Positions 8,252 through 18,141 of a DNA stretch of 38,718 nt are shown here, one piece after another. A program made the position numbers and the translations under genes. The stretch is from NCBI GenBank assembly GCA_913020725.1, contig CAJWCD010000012.1, positions 1 through 38,718 on the forward strand. Reading direction: 5' to 3'. The first letter of the stretch is position 1, and the number at the start of each line of letters is the position of its first letter. Below the pieces are notes generated by a model. That model did not search any database. It was given only the letters and a program-made list of their open reading frames with translations, and was not told the origin of the DNA. Source of the DNA: an uncultured Pseudomonadota bacterium (GTDB lineage: Bacteria > SAR324 > NAC60-12).

Positions 8252-9835
8252 ATGTATTGGGTCTGGTTGATCGCATTGGGTATTGCCATAATTGTGGTAA
8301 TTGTCCTACTAAACCGCTTTTATCGTAAAGCATCCCGTGAAGTTGCTCTGATCCGAACAGGGCTTGGCGGGCAGAAAATCATTATAGATGGGGGTTTTCT
8401 TGTTCTCCCATTTCTTCACCGTATTTCAGAAGTCAACATGAAAACGACGCGACTTGAAGTTGTTCGCGCCAATGAGAATTCGGTAATCACAGGAGATCGT
8501 CTGCGTGTAGACGTGACGGTCGAGTACTATGTGCGGGTCGATCCAAGTGACACAGGTGTCGCGACAGCAGCTCAGACCTTAGCAGGTAAAACCTTTCACT
8601 CAGATGACCTTGCTGAGACCTTGGAAGGAAAACTGGTTGATGCGTCCTTATCTGTTGCTGCCAACTACACCATGGACGAACTCCAAAACGAGCGCGGTCG
8701 GTACGTTACTCAGATCGAGGAAATTTTGAAGCCAAAGCTGTCTCAAAACGGCCTCCTATTGGAATCAGTTTCATTGACACGATTGGACCAAACACCTTTC
8801 CACACGCTCGATGAAAATAACGCATTTAACGCAGTTGGGCTTCGACGATTAGCTGAGATTGTTTCAAATAGTAAGAAAGAACGTGCTGTAATTGAGGCTG
8901 ATACGGACGTTGCAGTGCGTAAGAGTAAGCTTGCCGCCACGAAGCAGCGCCTGAATATTGAGCAGGAAGAGGAGGAGGCCCAAATACAGCAAAGGCTGAG
9001 CATTGAAAGAGAGCGTGCTGCGAGTGATGCCGCGATAGCAGAAGAGCAGTCCGGCTCTGAGCAGCGTAGAGAGATTGCAAGAATAGAAAAAGAAAAGGAG
9101 GTTAAGACAATAGAGATTCAAACTGCACGGGAAATCCGAAAGGCTGAACTGGAAGCTGCACAGTCATCTGAATTGAGACGACTTGAAAGGGAGATTGCGA
9201 TTGCTGAACAATTGGCAGAGGTGGCAAAGGCTCAGGTCAGGGTAGAAGCAGCAAAAGCAGAAGAGGTTTTGGCAAAAGAGAACACTGTGAGAACCAAGGA
9301 TGTTGCGGTCGCTGAACGTGAACGGGAGTTGGCGGTGATCCGTGCCTGTGAGCAAGCTGAGGTCGATGAGACTCGAGTTGGCAGTGAGACGGGCACTCTG
9401 CTTTCAATGGCAAAAGCTGAAGCCGATGCAATAATGACCCGAGCCGAAGCTACACGGGCCGAGTTGATGGCGAGGGCAGAGGGTGAAACGGCCTTGATTG
9501 CTTCGGAAAACAGTCAAAGTGATGATCTCATCGACATGAAATTGCAAATGCGTAAGCTGAAGATCTTGCCTGACATCGTTGAAAGCATGGTGAAACCTGC
9601 TGAAAAAATCGACAGCATTCGGATCAATCACATTACGGGGTTTGGTCAATCCGCAGGAGGTGGAGGCCAAGACGGCGGCGGGGACAAGGCAGTTGTCAAC
9701 CAGATCATGGACGGAATTCTTTCAATGGCACTGCAATTACCCGCAGTAAAGAAACTCGGCGAGGAAATTGGTGTCAATATCGGTGATGGAATCAAGGGCA
9801 TCTCTGATGAGATGTTGAAGCCTTCAGATAAATAG
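8252..9835 (+). CDS. Flotillin family (SPFH/band 7) membrane protein, YqiK-like
   Basis: N-terminal TM helix, RTGLGG, ITGDRLRVDV..YYVRV SPFH domain, DENNAFNAVG, an Ala/Glu-rich coiled coil and C-terminal VKPAEKIDSIRI. Confidence 0.92.
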   Translation: MYWVWLIALGIAIIVVIVLLNRFYRKASREVALIRTGLGGQKIIIDGGFLVLPFLHRISEVNMKTTRLEVVRANENSVITGDRLRVDVTVEYYVRVDPSDTGVATAAQTLAGKTFHSDDLAETLEGKLVDASLSVAANYTMDELQNERGRYVTQIEEILKPKLSQNGLLLESVSLTRLDQTPFHTLDENNAFNAVGLRRLAEIVSNSKKERAVIEADTDVAVRKSKLAATKQRLNIEQEEEEAQIQQRLSIERERAASDAAIAEEQSGSEQRREIARIEKEKEVKTIEIQTAREIRKAELEAAQSSELRRLEREIAIAEQLAEVAKAQVRVEAAKAEEVLAKENTVRTKDVAVAERERELAVIRACEQAEVDETRVGSETGTLLSMAKAEADAIMTRAEATRAELMARAEGETALIASENSQSDDLIDMKLQMRKLKILPDIVESMVKPAEKIDSIRINHITGFGQSAGGGGQDGGGDKAVVNQIMDGILSMALQLPAVKKLGEEIGVNIGDGIKGISDEMLKPSDK

Positions 9836-9954
9836 GTCGTAGAGCTTTCCTCTAAGATCAAGTGTTGTTTAGGCAAGCACCCTGAAACAACGCTGAGTAT
9901 CACAGCGGTTCTTTTGTAGGGGTCGTTGAAATTTTAACCAAAGGAGATCGAGTC

Positions 9955-11208
9955 ATGAAAATCAATCGAAGAAAATTTTTGAAGAGTGCCTCAGCAACTG
10001 CTGCAGTAATGGCGGCTCCTGCGTTTATCAGCCAGACGCAGGCAGCAAACTCACTGAAAATGGCTGTCATTCTTGATCAAAGCGGAGGTCTTGATATCTA
10101 TGGCCGTCCAATGGTCGATGCAAGCCATTTGGCAATCGAGGAGATCAATGCGGCGGGTGGGTTGCTGGGCAAACAGGTGGAACTCACAGTCTATGACCCT
10201 CAATCGACTATTCAGTTTTATACCCAGTACGCCACGAAAGCTGCTACTAGTGACCGAGTGGACGTGGTTCAGGCTGGAATCACGTCGGCATCACGCGAGT
10301 CAATCAGACCGTTATTGAATCGATACCGAACCCTCTATTTCTACAACACTCTGTACGAAGGAGGTGTATGCGATACCAATAATTATTGCACGGGGTCAAC
10401 TCCAGGTCAGACAGTAGAAAAACTTGTGCCCTATGCAATGAGAAAATGGGGCAAAAAGGTTTACATTATCGCTGCTGATTACAACTACGGCCATATTACA
10501 GCTAGCTGGGTTCAGAAATATGTCCGTGACAATGGTGGTGATCCTGTAGAAACGGAGTTCTTTCCGCTGGATGTCACTAACTTTGGGCCGACCATCAAAA
10601 AGATTCAGGCGGCAAAGCCAGACATGGTCATGTCTGCGTTGGTCGGCGGTGCTCATGTGTCGTTTTACCGTCAGTACGCTGCTGCTGGTATGAATAAGAG
10701 TGTGCCGGTTGCGTCTACTACCTTCGGTGTTGGCAATGAGCACAAGATGATTTCAGCCGAAGAAGGCGATGGAATGATCGTTGCCTACAGCTACTTTCAG
10801 GAAATCGAATCTGCGGATAATAAAGCGTTTGTAAAGCGGTTCCAGGATCGATTCGGAACGGATGCTCCGTACCTCAACGAACTCGCTGCACGTCAGTATG
10901 AGGGCATCTACCTTTGGGCAGAAGCTGTTAAAGCTGCCGGGACTGCTGATCGAATGAAGGTTATTGAGGCGCTTGATGCACCGACGAGCATTAACGGGCC
11001 TAGCGGTAAACTCACAATTGACCCCCAGACCCACCATGCTGTCCAGAATGTTTACTTGGCTGAACTGATGGACCAAAGATTCAACATCATTCAGACCCAC
11101 GAACAACAACAGCCGACAGATACCCAACTGGTTTGTGATCTTGTTGCCAATCCAAACCAATCGACCTTCTATTTTGAGAATGGCTTGAAGGCTGCTGGTA
11201 TCGAATAA
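9955..11208 (+). CDS. Urea/short-chain amide-type ABC substrate-binding protein (UrtA/FmdD/AmiC-like), Tat-exported
   Basis: Tat signal NRRKFLK, EEINAAGGLLG, GITSASRESIRP, YFYNTLYEGG and AADYNYG. GGAG RBS. Confidence 0.88.
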   Translation: MKINRRKFLKSASATAAVMAAPAFISQTQAANSLKMAVILDQSGGLDIYGRPMVDASHLAIEEINAAGGLLGKQVELTVYDPQSTIQFYTQYATKAATSDRVDVVQAGITSASRESIRPLLNRYRTLYFYNTLYEGGVCDTNNYCTGSTPGQTVEKLVPYAMRKWGKKVYIIAADYNYGHITASWVQKYVRDNGGDPVETEFFPLDVTNFGPTIKKIQAAKPDMVMSALVGGAHVSFYRQYAAAGMNKSVPVASTTFGVGNEHKMISAEEGDGMIVAYSYFQEIESADNKAFVKRFQDRFGTDAPYLNELAARQYEGIYLWAEAVKAAGTADRMKVIEALDAPTSINGPSGKLTIDPQTHHAVQNVYLAELMDQRFNIIQTHEQQQPTDTQLVCDLVANPNQSTFYFENGLKAAGIE

Positions 11209-11245
11209 ATTCAGTCTGTCGTTGATACTTGTTCGGAGACCGATA

Positions 11246-12115
11246 TTGGATCTCTTTGCATCCCTTGGGCTACAGATCATCTACGGCATTGCCAACCTGG
11301 TACTAATCAGTATCGGGTTGGCCGTGATTTTCGGGATGATGCGAGTGATCAATCTTGCCCACGGTGAATTCCTCATGCTAGGCGGGTACACGGTGATCGT
11401 GTCTACGAACAACGGTGTGAACATCTGGGTTGCGATGTTCATACTGGCTCCATTAATCGTAGGCATTATCGGTCTGATTGTTGAGTGGACACTAATTCGG
11501 TTTTTGTACGGCCGCATGGTCGATACACTGCTCGCAACTTGGGGACTTAGCCTATTTCTTATTGGACTCATTACGACTATATTTGGAGCGCAAACAGAAA
11601 CAACAATTGCGCCTCCTTTTGGGCCAATTTTTATCGGTGAGTACAGTTCGAGTGGTTACGAGTTGTTTCTTATAATTATTACCATCCTCCTAGTCATTTT
11701 GTTATACCTGCTATTGCGATACACCAAGTTGGGTCTGCTTGCCCGCGGAACTATGCAGTCCGCAGACATGGCGGCTGCGCTGGGCATTAGCACACAGCGC
11801 ATCTACTCGACGACCTTTGGGATCGGAGCGGCTTTATCGGGCTTTGCTGGTGGCCTGCTTGCCCCAGTCACGGGTGTATTGCCGACCATAGGAGCGGTCT
11901 ATATAGGCAAGGCATTTATTACCGTCATTTCAGGTGGCACGGCCATCCTTGCTGGAACATCGTCAGCATCATTCCTGCTTGGTGGTATAAACGGCATCGT
12001 TAGTTTTGTCGTAGGCCCAACAATGGGTGAAGTGGCGCTTCTTCTGTTCGCAATTGTCTTATTGCGATTGATGCCACGGGGCATTACTGGTCATTTCTTC
12101 AAACGAAGTCTGTGA
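11246..12115 (+). CDS. HAAT-family ABC permease (LivH/UrtB-like)
   Basis: GLAVIFGMMRVINLAHGEFLMLG and DTLLATWGLSL. The TTG at 11246 follows GGAG (the track start is 11222). Confidence 0.9.
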   Translation: MDLFASLGLQIIYGIANLVLISIGLAVIFGMMRVINLAHGEFLMLGGYTVIVSTNNGVNIWVAMFILAPLIVGIIGLIVEWTLIRFLYGRMVDTLLATWGLSLFLIGLITTIFGAQTETTIAPPFGPIFIGEYSSSGYELFLIIITILLVILLYLLLRYTKLGLLARGTMQSADMAAALGISTQRIYSTTFGIGAALSGFAGGLLAPVTGVLPTIGAVYIGKAFITVISGGTAILAGTSSASFLLGGINGIVSFVVGPTMGEVALLLFAIVLLRLMPRGITGHFFKRSL

Positions 12116-13173
12116 AGCGATCTCAGGAAACTAACGCCCTCATCTTGATCGGGATAATTGGGTTAGTCACTCTTTTTGGAGTGCCACTAACTCTTGATCT
12201 TTATTCAGTGATTAGTCTGACTACTGCGGTCAGTCTTGCCATACTTGCCCTCAGTCTCGGTTTAATCTGGGGCTTCGGAGGAATCCTCTGTTTTGGACAG
12301 ACAGTGTTTTTTGGCATCGGTGGATATGCCTATGCAATCGCAGCACTGAATTTAGGAGGCAGTGCGATTGCTATTATTGTGGCGGTACTCGTTGCTGCGG
12401 CAGCGGCAGTTTTTTTGGGTTACTTTATGTTTTACGGACGCCTAAGCGACGTATACCTTGCAGTCATCACTCTGACAGTCACCCTCATTCTCTACAGTGT
12501 AATCAGGCGAACATCTGGCCCAGAATATAAGATTGGTATTGCTAAAATTGGAGGATTTAACGGCATCAATGTGCCACCAATTAATTATCCTTGGGATGTA
12601 AACAAATTTTTGTACCCTGAAGACTTTTTCTACGTCGCCATGGTTGCTTTACTCGTTACTTATTTTTTGTGTGTGTGGTTGACAAAAACGCATTTTGGGC
12701 GAGTGTCTGAATCAATCCGCGAAAATGAGGTGCGGACAGAGCTTTTGGGGTATGACGTTCGAATTTACAAACTATGTATGTTCACCATTGGTGGTGCCAT
12801 CGCTGGACTTGCTGGGACTATGTTTGCGAATTCAATTGGGCGTATTACTCCCGATGTCTTTAACCTTTATAACGCCGCCCTGACAATCATCTGGGTCATC
12901 ATTGGAGGCCGTGGAACCCTGATAGGGCCCGTTCTTGGTGCATTGATTTTCTTTTACATTACTTCTTTACTTGGCCAGCAAAATGTTGTGAATATTAATT
13001 TATTCCTTGGGTTAGTGCTGATTATTTTTGTGCTAGTCGTGCCTAAAGGTATCGTTCCTTCGCTGGTACAGATCTGGGTCAGAAGGCGATCTCGCAGGTT
13101 GACGACGCACTCCGCTCGAAGAATGAGACGTCGCGGGCGATCCCGAGTCACAGAGGTTGCCGTTGAGGAATAA
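12112..13173 (+). CDS. HAAT-family ABC permease (LivM/UrtC-like)
   Basis: LIWGFGGILCFGQTVFFGIGGY, IRENEVRTELLGYD and WVIIGGRGTLIGP. Confidence 0.9.
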   Translation: MKRSQETNALILIGIIGLVTLFGVPLTLDLYSVISLTTAVSLAILALSLGLIWGFGGILCFGQTVFFGIGGYAYAIAALNLGGSAIAIIVAVLVAAAAAVFLGYFMFYGRLSDVYLAVITLTVTLILYSVIRRTSGPEYKIGIAKIGGFNGINVPPINYPWDVNKFLYPEDFFYVAMVALLVTYFLCVWLTKTHFGRVSESIRENEVRTELLGYDVRIYKLCMFTIGGAIAGLAGTMFANSIGRITPDVFNLYNAALTIIWVIIGGRGTLIGPVLGALIFFYITSLLGQQNVVNINLFLGLVLIIFVLVVPKGIVPSLVQIWVRRRSRRLTTHSARRMRRRGRSRVTEVAVEE

Positions 13174-13888
13174 CGTGGTACTCGAAACCCGGGCGTTATC
13201 AATGCATTTTGGGGGGGTGGTTGCGGTTGATCGGGTGGACTTTTCCCTCCGGGAAAACGAATTACGTTGTTTGATTGGTCCCAATGGTGCCGGTAAGAGT
13301 ACATTTTTTAAATGCCTCTCTGCCCAGTTGCGCCCTACGGCTGGTGACGTTGTTATCCGGGATTTTAATGTCACCGAGAGCGAGACACACCAAGTAGCCC
13401 GAATGGGAGTCGGTATCAAGACACAGGTGCCTAATGTGTTTGACGGACTGGATGTCGAAGAAAATATCTGGCTGTCAGCCAGCCAGTCAACCAGCATAAA
13501 GCGTGCTCGTGTCATAACTTCAGAGGTCATTGAGCGGCTTCAGTTAGGTAGCGTACGGAAAGCGCAGCTTGGAGCATTGGCACATGGTCAGCGGCAGTTG
13601 GTGGAACTCGGAATGGTTCTTGCCGGTGAACCATGGCTGGTGATTTTGGATGAGCCCACTGCGGGAATGACGCAGGACGAGGTTGTTCGTACAGCCGAGA
13701 TCATCCAAGAAATAAATAAAAGCGCGACTATGATCGTTGTTGAACACGATATGCAATTTATTCGAATGATCGCGCAAAAAGTCACGGTGTTTCATCAGGG
13801 GCGGATTCTGATCGAAGGTGATATGGACGAGGTGTCATCCGATGAAAGGGTCCGTGAGGTTTATCTCGGCCATCGCAGACCCCAATGA
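13157..13888 (+). CDS. ABC ATP-binding protein (LivG/UrtD-like)
   Basis: Walker A GPNGAGKST, LAHGQRQ signature, LDEPTAG Walker B and VEHDM. Confidence 0.92.
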   Translation: MPLRNNVVLETRALSMHFGGVVAVDRVDFSLRENELRCLIGPNGAGKSTFFKCLSAQLRPTAGDVVIRDFNVTESETHQVARMGVGIKTQVPNVFDGLDVEENIWLSASQSTSIKRARVITSEVIERLQLGSVRKAQLGALAHGQRQLVELGMVLAGEPWLVILDEPTAGMTQDEVVRTAEIIQEINKSATMIVVEHDMQFIRMIAQKVTVFHQGRILIEGDMDEVSSDERVREVYLGHRRPQ

Positions 13889-16227
13889 GTGACGCATTTA
13901 TCCTTAATGTTCGTGATTTGCACGCAGGCTACGGTCGTGTTCCCGTACTGCATGGGGTTGACCTCTCTGTCAAAGAAGGTCAGATCGTTGGGGTTTTGGG
14001 CCACAACGGCATGGGCAAGACCACACTGCTGAAGACGTTGATGGGAATTCTCCCGGTTACCTCCGGTCGGATACAGTTTGACGGAATGGATATTTCTCAT
14101 GAACCGACGCATGAACGCTCACGGCTTGGGATCGGGTATGTGCCGCAGGGTCGTGGAATATTTCCTCAGTTATCGGTCTACGACAATTTGAGAATGGGAG
14201 TCGTGGAGCATGGCGAGGACGAAAACGAAGCCATTGAATCCGTGTTGCAGGAGTTTCCACAGCTTCAACCCCTCTTGGATCGCTCAGGAGGTGCTCTGAG
14301 TGGAGGCGAACAGCAGATTCTGGCGTTGGCACGCTGCCTGATCAGCAAACCGGACTTGGTGCTCTTGGATGAGCCTACAGAAGGAATTCAACCTTCTATT
14401 GTCGATGGCATCATTGAACTGCTAAAACGACTCAACACAGAGCAGGGACTCACGGTCGTTCTGGTTGAACAGAATTTGGAATTCATCACATCCTTGTCCG
14501 ACCGTGTATTACTGTTGCAGAAAGGTTATATCACGGGTGAAGTGGGTGACGGTCAGTCGTCAGACTCAGAACTTATTGAAGGATTCGTGGGTTTTGGATC
14601 CGGCTCATCAGCACCTGTTCGTACAAATCACGCTGAACCACCTAGAGCAACTCCACCTGAAGCAACTCCATCTCAAACGATGGAAATACAACACAAACAA
14701 AGGTTTGACTATATGAGTGTCAAGAGACCTACCCATGATCAGTTGAAGCAGATCACCTTAGATTTGGGAATGCACCTGTCTGATGAACGGACCGCCGAGT
14801 TCTTGGATGTCATGGAAGATACGATGAAAGTCTATGACTTAATCGACACCATGCCCGACTATCTACCAAAGGTAGATTACCCAAGAACACCAGGTTATCG
14901 ACCACCACCAGAAGAAAACCCGCTAAACGCTTGGTACATAAAATGTGAGGTAAAAGGTGCCCTACGTGGACCACTCACTGGAAAATCCATTGTATTAAAA
15001 GACAATATCAGCCTAGCTGGTGTGCCGATGATGAATGGTGCATCGACTCTTGAGGGATATATACCGGATATTGATGCTACTGTCGTCACACGAATTCTGG
15101 ATGCAGGTGGCATTATCGCTGGAAAAGCACACTGTGAATATTTTTGCCTTTCAGGAGGGAGTCACACCAACGCTACGGGACCTTGCCACAACCCTCATAA
15201 GATGGGTTATTCGGCTGGAGGTTCCTCTTCAGGACCCGGCGCGCTGGTCGGTGCTGGTGAAATCGATATGGCCATAGGCGGAGATCAGGGTGGTTCAATC
15301 CGCATGCCTGCTTCCTACAGTGGTTGTTACGGATTGAAACCTACCCATGGATTGGTGCCTTATACAGGCGTTATGCCCATCGAGACCACTATTGACCACA
15401 TCGGACCCATGACGCAGAATGTCGCAGATAACGCGCTTCTGCTTGAGGTGATTGCTGGACAAGATGGTCTTGACCCTCGGCAGTATGCACCCAAAGTAGA
15501 TCATTACACATCTGCCTTGGGTCGCGGGGTTCGCAGTCTGAAAATAGGGGTAGTACAGGAAGGATTCGGACGTCCGGAATCAGAGTCGGATGTTGATGCT
15601 AAGGTGCGCACAGCCTCTGACAAGTTTCGTGAGTTGGGTGCAAATGTGGAAGATATTTCGATTCCCATGCACAACGAAGGCGCAGCTATCTGGACTCCAA
15701 TTGCACTCGAAGGTCTGACTAATCAGATGATGAATGGAAACGGATTTGGTACAGGCTGGAAAGGTCTCTATTCGACAAGCCTGCTGGACCATCATTCAAA
15801 CTGGCGGAACCGAGCCGACGAGTTATCTGACACGCTGAAGGTCTGTATGTTCATTGGGGAATATTTTCTCCGGCACTACCGTGGTCATTTTTACGCAAAG
15901 GCTCAGAACCTCAGTCGAAAACTAAAAAAGACCTATGACGATTTTCTCGATCAGTATGATCTTCTGTTAATGCCGACACTTCCGATGAAAGCAACGCCAC
16001 TGCCTCCGCGAGACGCGCCGCTTGCACTCTATTGCCAAAGGGCATTTGAGATGCTTGGTAATACCTCTCCATTCGATGTAACAGGGCATCCAGCGATGTC
16101 GATCCCTTGCGGGATGAGTGAAGGTCTGCCGGTAGGAATGATGCTGATTAGTCGCGACTACGGCGAATCTACGATCTATCAGGCAGCGCATGCCTTCGAG
16201 CAACTAGAAAACTGGAAACAAATGTAG
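13885..16227 (+). CDS. Fusion of an ABC ATPase (LivF/UrtE-like) and an amidase-signature family amidase
   Basis: aa 1-~237 contain [23 protein letters not shown] and VEQN, followed by a Pro/Ser linker. From M277 (14713) the amidase has VLKDN, CEYFC, GGSSSG and GGDQGGSIR (Lys-cisSer-Ser triad). Confidence 0.9.
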   Translation: MSDAFILNVRDLHAGYGRVPVLHGVDLSVKEGQIVGVLGHNGMGKTTLLKTLMGILPVTSGRIQFDGMDISHEPTHERSRLGIGYVPQGRGIFPQLSVYDNLRMGVVEHGEDENEAIESVLQEFPQLQPLLDRSGGALSGGEQQILALARCLISKPDLVLLDEPTEGIQPSIVDGIIELLKRLNTEQGLTVVLVEQNLEFITSLSDRVLLLQKGYITGEVGDGQSSDSELIEGFVGFGSGSSAPVRTNHAEPPRATPPEATPSQTMEIQHKQRFDYMSVKRPTHDQLKQITLDLGMHLSDERTAEFLDVMEDTMKVYDLIDTMPDYLPKVDYPRTPGYRPPPEENPLNAWYIKCEVKGALRGPLTGKSIVLKDNISLAGVPMMNGASTLEGYIPDIDATVVTRILDAGGIIAGKAHCEYFCLSGGSHTNATGPCHNPHKMGYSAGGSSSGPGALVGAGEIDMAIGGDQGGSIRMPASYSGCYGLKPTHGLVPYTGVMPIETTIDHIGPMTQNVADNALLLEVIAGQDGLDPRQYAPKVDHYTSALGRGVRSLKIGVVQEGFGRPESESDVDAKVRTASDKFRELGANVEDISIPMHNEGAAIWTPIALEGLTNQMMNGNGFGTGWKGLYSTSLLDHHSNWRNRADELSDTLKVCMFIGEYFLRHYRGHFYAKAQNLSRKLKKTYDDFLDQYDLLLMPTLPMKATPLPPRDAPLALYCQRAFEMLGNTSPFDVTGHPAMSIPCGMSEGLPVGMMLISRDYGESTIYQAAHAFEQLENWKQM

Positions 16228-16228
16228 A

Positions 16229-17989
16229 TTGGTTACTGATAAAAAGTATCAACGTATGGTTGTAGTTAAGACTGGTTTGGAATCTTCTAATTTGAGTCTA
16301 GGGTCGAAGCTTGCCCATGTCAAAGGTGCATCGTACCCCGATCTGGAAGAGATCACGATCCCAGATTTCTTTGCACGTACTGTATCCCGTTATCCAAACC
16401 GGGAGGCCTGTGTTTTTAAAAAATCCGGTGAATGCTGGACGTGGCTTGAATTGGCTCGAAAAATCGATCAACTATCAGCAGGGCTACTTGCCTTGGGCAT
16501 CTACAAAGGGGAGCGGGTTGGGATCCTGTCACCCAACAGGCCAGAATGGGTGCTTACTCAGTTCGCTACGGCTCGCATCGGTGCAATCCTCGTCAATATC
16601 AACCCAGCTTACCAGCGGGCGGAGTTAGAATATGCTTTGGTTAAAGTCGGTGTTAAGGCTCTGATAACTGCGGAGTCATTCAAGTCAAGCGGATACCTCA
16701 AGATGTTGGTCGACCTTGCACCTGAACTCTCCAAAAGCAGACCGGGACGGCTGGCTGCGGCCAAGTTTCCACTGCTCAAATCCGTCATTCAGACCGGTGA
16801 TGCTCATGTCCAAGGCATGTTCAGATTTGTGGATGTGATGGCGAAGGGAGGCAGTGGACAGCAAGCACGTTTAGACGCCATTGGGCGTAAGTTGTTTGTC
16901 GATGAACCGATTAATCTACAGTTCACTTCAGGGACGACTGGCTCGCCTAAGGCTGCCACGTTGACTCACAGAAATGTCGTGAATAATTCGCGTTATGTCG
17001 CCAAGTGCATGAATCTTTCTCAAAAAGATAGACTTTGTATTCCGGTACCTCTTTATCACTGCTTCGGTATGGTACTCGGAAACCTGACTTGTGTCGCTGC
17101 CGGAAGTACCATGGTTTTTCCAGGCGAAGGGTTTGATGCCCTACAAACACTGGAAACTCTGGATAAGGAGCGTTGTACCGCTGTCCATGGTGTGCCGACC
17201 ATGTTCAGTGCCATGGTGAATTGCCCTGAATTTTCTCAATTTGACTTACAGAAACTCAGAACTGGGATCATGGCGGGTGCTCCCTGCCCAATTGAACTCA
17301 TGACTCAGGTGGTATCAAAGATGAACCTTAGACAAATGACGATTGCTTACGGCATGACCGAGACCAGTCCCGTGTCGTTCCAGAGCGCTGTAAACGATCC
17401 GATCGAACGTCGAGTATCGACAGTTGGAAGAATCCAACCGCATGTGGAAGCTAGGGTCGTGGATACATCAGGTGAGATTGTTGCCGTTGGGGAACAAGGC
17501 GAACTGCATACCAGAGGTTACCATGTGATGCGTGGATACTGGGATGATCCAGAGCGCACTGCCGTGTCAATCGACGCTGAAGGATGGATGCATACCGGGG
17601 ATCTTGCGAGTATTGATGCCGAAGGCTATTGCAACATCGTTGGTCGGGTAAAAGATATGCTGATTCGGGGTGGCGAAAATGTTTATCCAAGGGAGATCGA
17701 GGAGTTTCTCCTAGGACATCCTGAAGTTCAGGATGTCCAGATTTTTGGGGTTCCGGATGAGAAATACGGTGAGGAAATTTGTGCTTGGATCGTCCCAGTT
17801 TCAGGGACTCAACTATCGCTAGAAAATATCCGAAACTACTGTGAAGGGCAGATTGCACACTACAAAATACCCCGGTACGCAAAAATGGTCCCAGAATTTC
17901 CAATGACTGTGACAGGTAAGCCTCAAAAATATGTCATGCGTGAAAAGATGATCGAAGAATTGAAATTGACTGAGATGGCTACAGCCTAG
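16229..17989 (+). CDS. AMP-dependent acyl-CoA synthetase (ACSF2/YngI-like)
   Basis: [48 protein letters not shown] and [10 protein letters not shown]. The start could be the ATG at 16256. Confidence 0.92.
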   Translation: MVTDKKYQRMVVVKTGLESSNLSLGSKLAHVKGASYPDLEEITIPDFFARTVSRYPNREACVFKKSGECWTWLELARKIDQLSAGLLALGIYKGERVGILSPNRPEWVLTQFATARIGAILVNINPAYQRAELEYALVKVGVKALITAESFKSSGYLKMLVDLAPELSKSRPGRLAAAKFPLLKSVIQTGDAHVQGMFRFVDVMAKGGSGQQARLDAIGRKLFVDEPINLQFTSGTTGSPKAATLTHRNVVNNSRYVAKCMNLSQKDRLCIPVPLYHCFGMVLGNLTCVAAGSTMVFPGEGFDALQTLETLDKERCTAVHGVPTMFSAMVNCPEFSQFDLQKLRTGIMAGAPCPIELMTQVVSKMNLRQMTIAYGMTETSPVSFQSAVNDPIERRVSTVGRIQPHVEARVVDTSGEIVAVGEQGELHTRGYHVMRGYWDDPERTAVSIDAEGWMHTGDLASIDAEGYCNIVGRVKDMLIRGGENVYPREIEEFLLGHPEVQDVQIFGVPDEKYGEEICAWIVPVSGTQLSLENIRNYCEGQIAHYKIPRYAKMVPEFPMTVTGKPQKYVMREKMIEELKLTEMATA

Positions 17990-18031
17990 AAGCCTGTTGA
18001 CAATCAGCTAAAAAGTACAGAAACGAGTGTT

Positions 18032-18080
18032 GTCATTCCCAAAACGGGAATCCAGCGGCTGTTTGCTTCTGGGTTCCGGC
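18032..18080. repeat. Degenerate REP-like palindromic element / possible bidirectional terminator
   Basis: GTCATTCCC-AAAAC-GGGAATCCAG...CTGGGTTCC resembles GTCATTCCCGCG...GGGAATCCAG-type REP repeats. It lies between convergent genes. Confidence 0.5.
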
Positions 18081-18141
18081 TAGGTCTGTAAGGTGAGTTC
18101 TCATCCTGACCACATTTTCATAGAAAACACTATAGGTGGGC

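Noticed and set aside
9955..14600. Calling the transporter urtABCDE (urea)
   Set aside because: Family-level similarity only. There is no urease nearby and the amidase context points to another amide, so no symbols were assigned.
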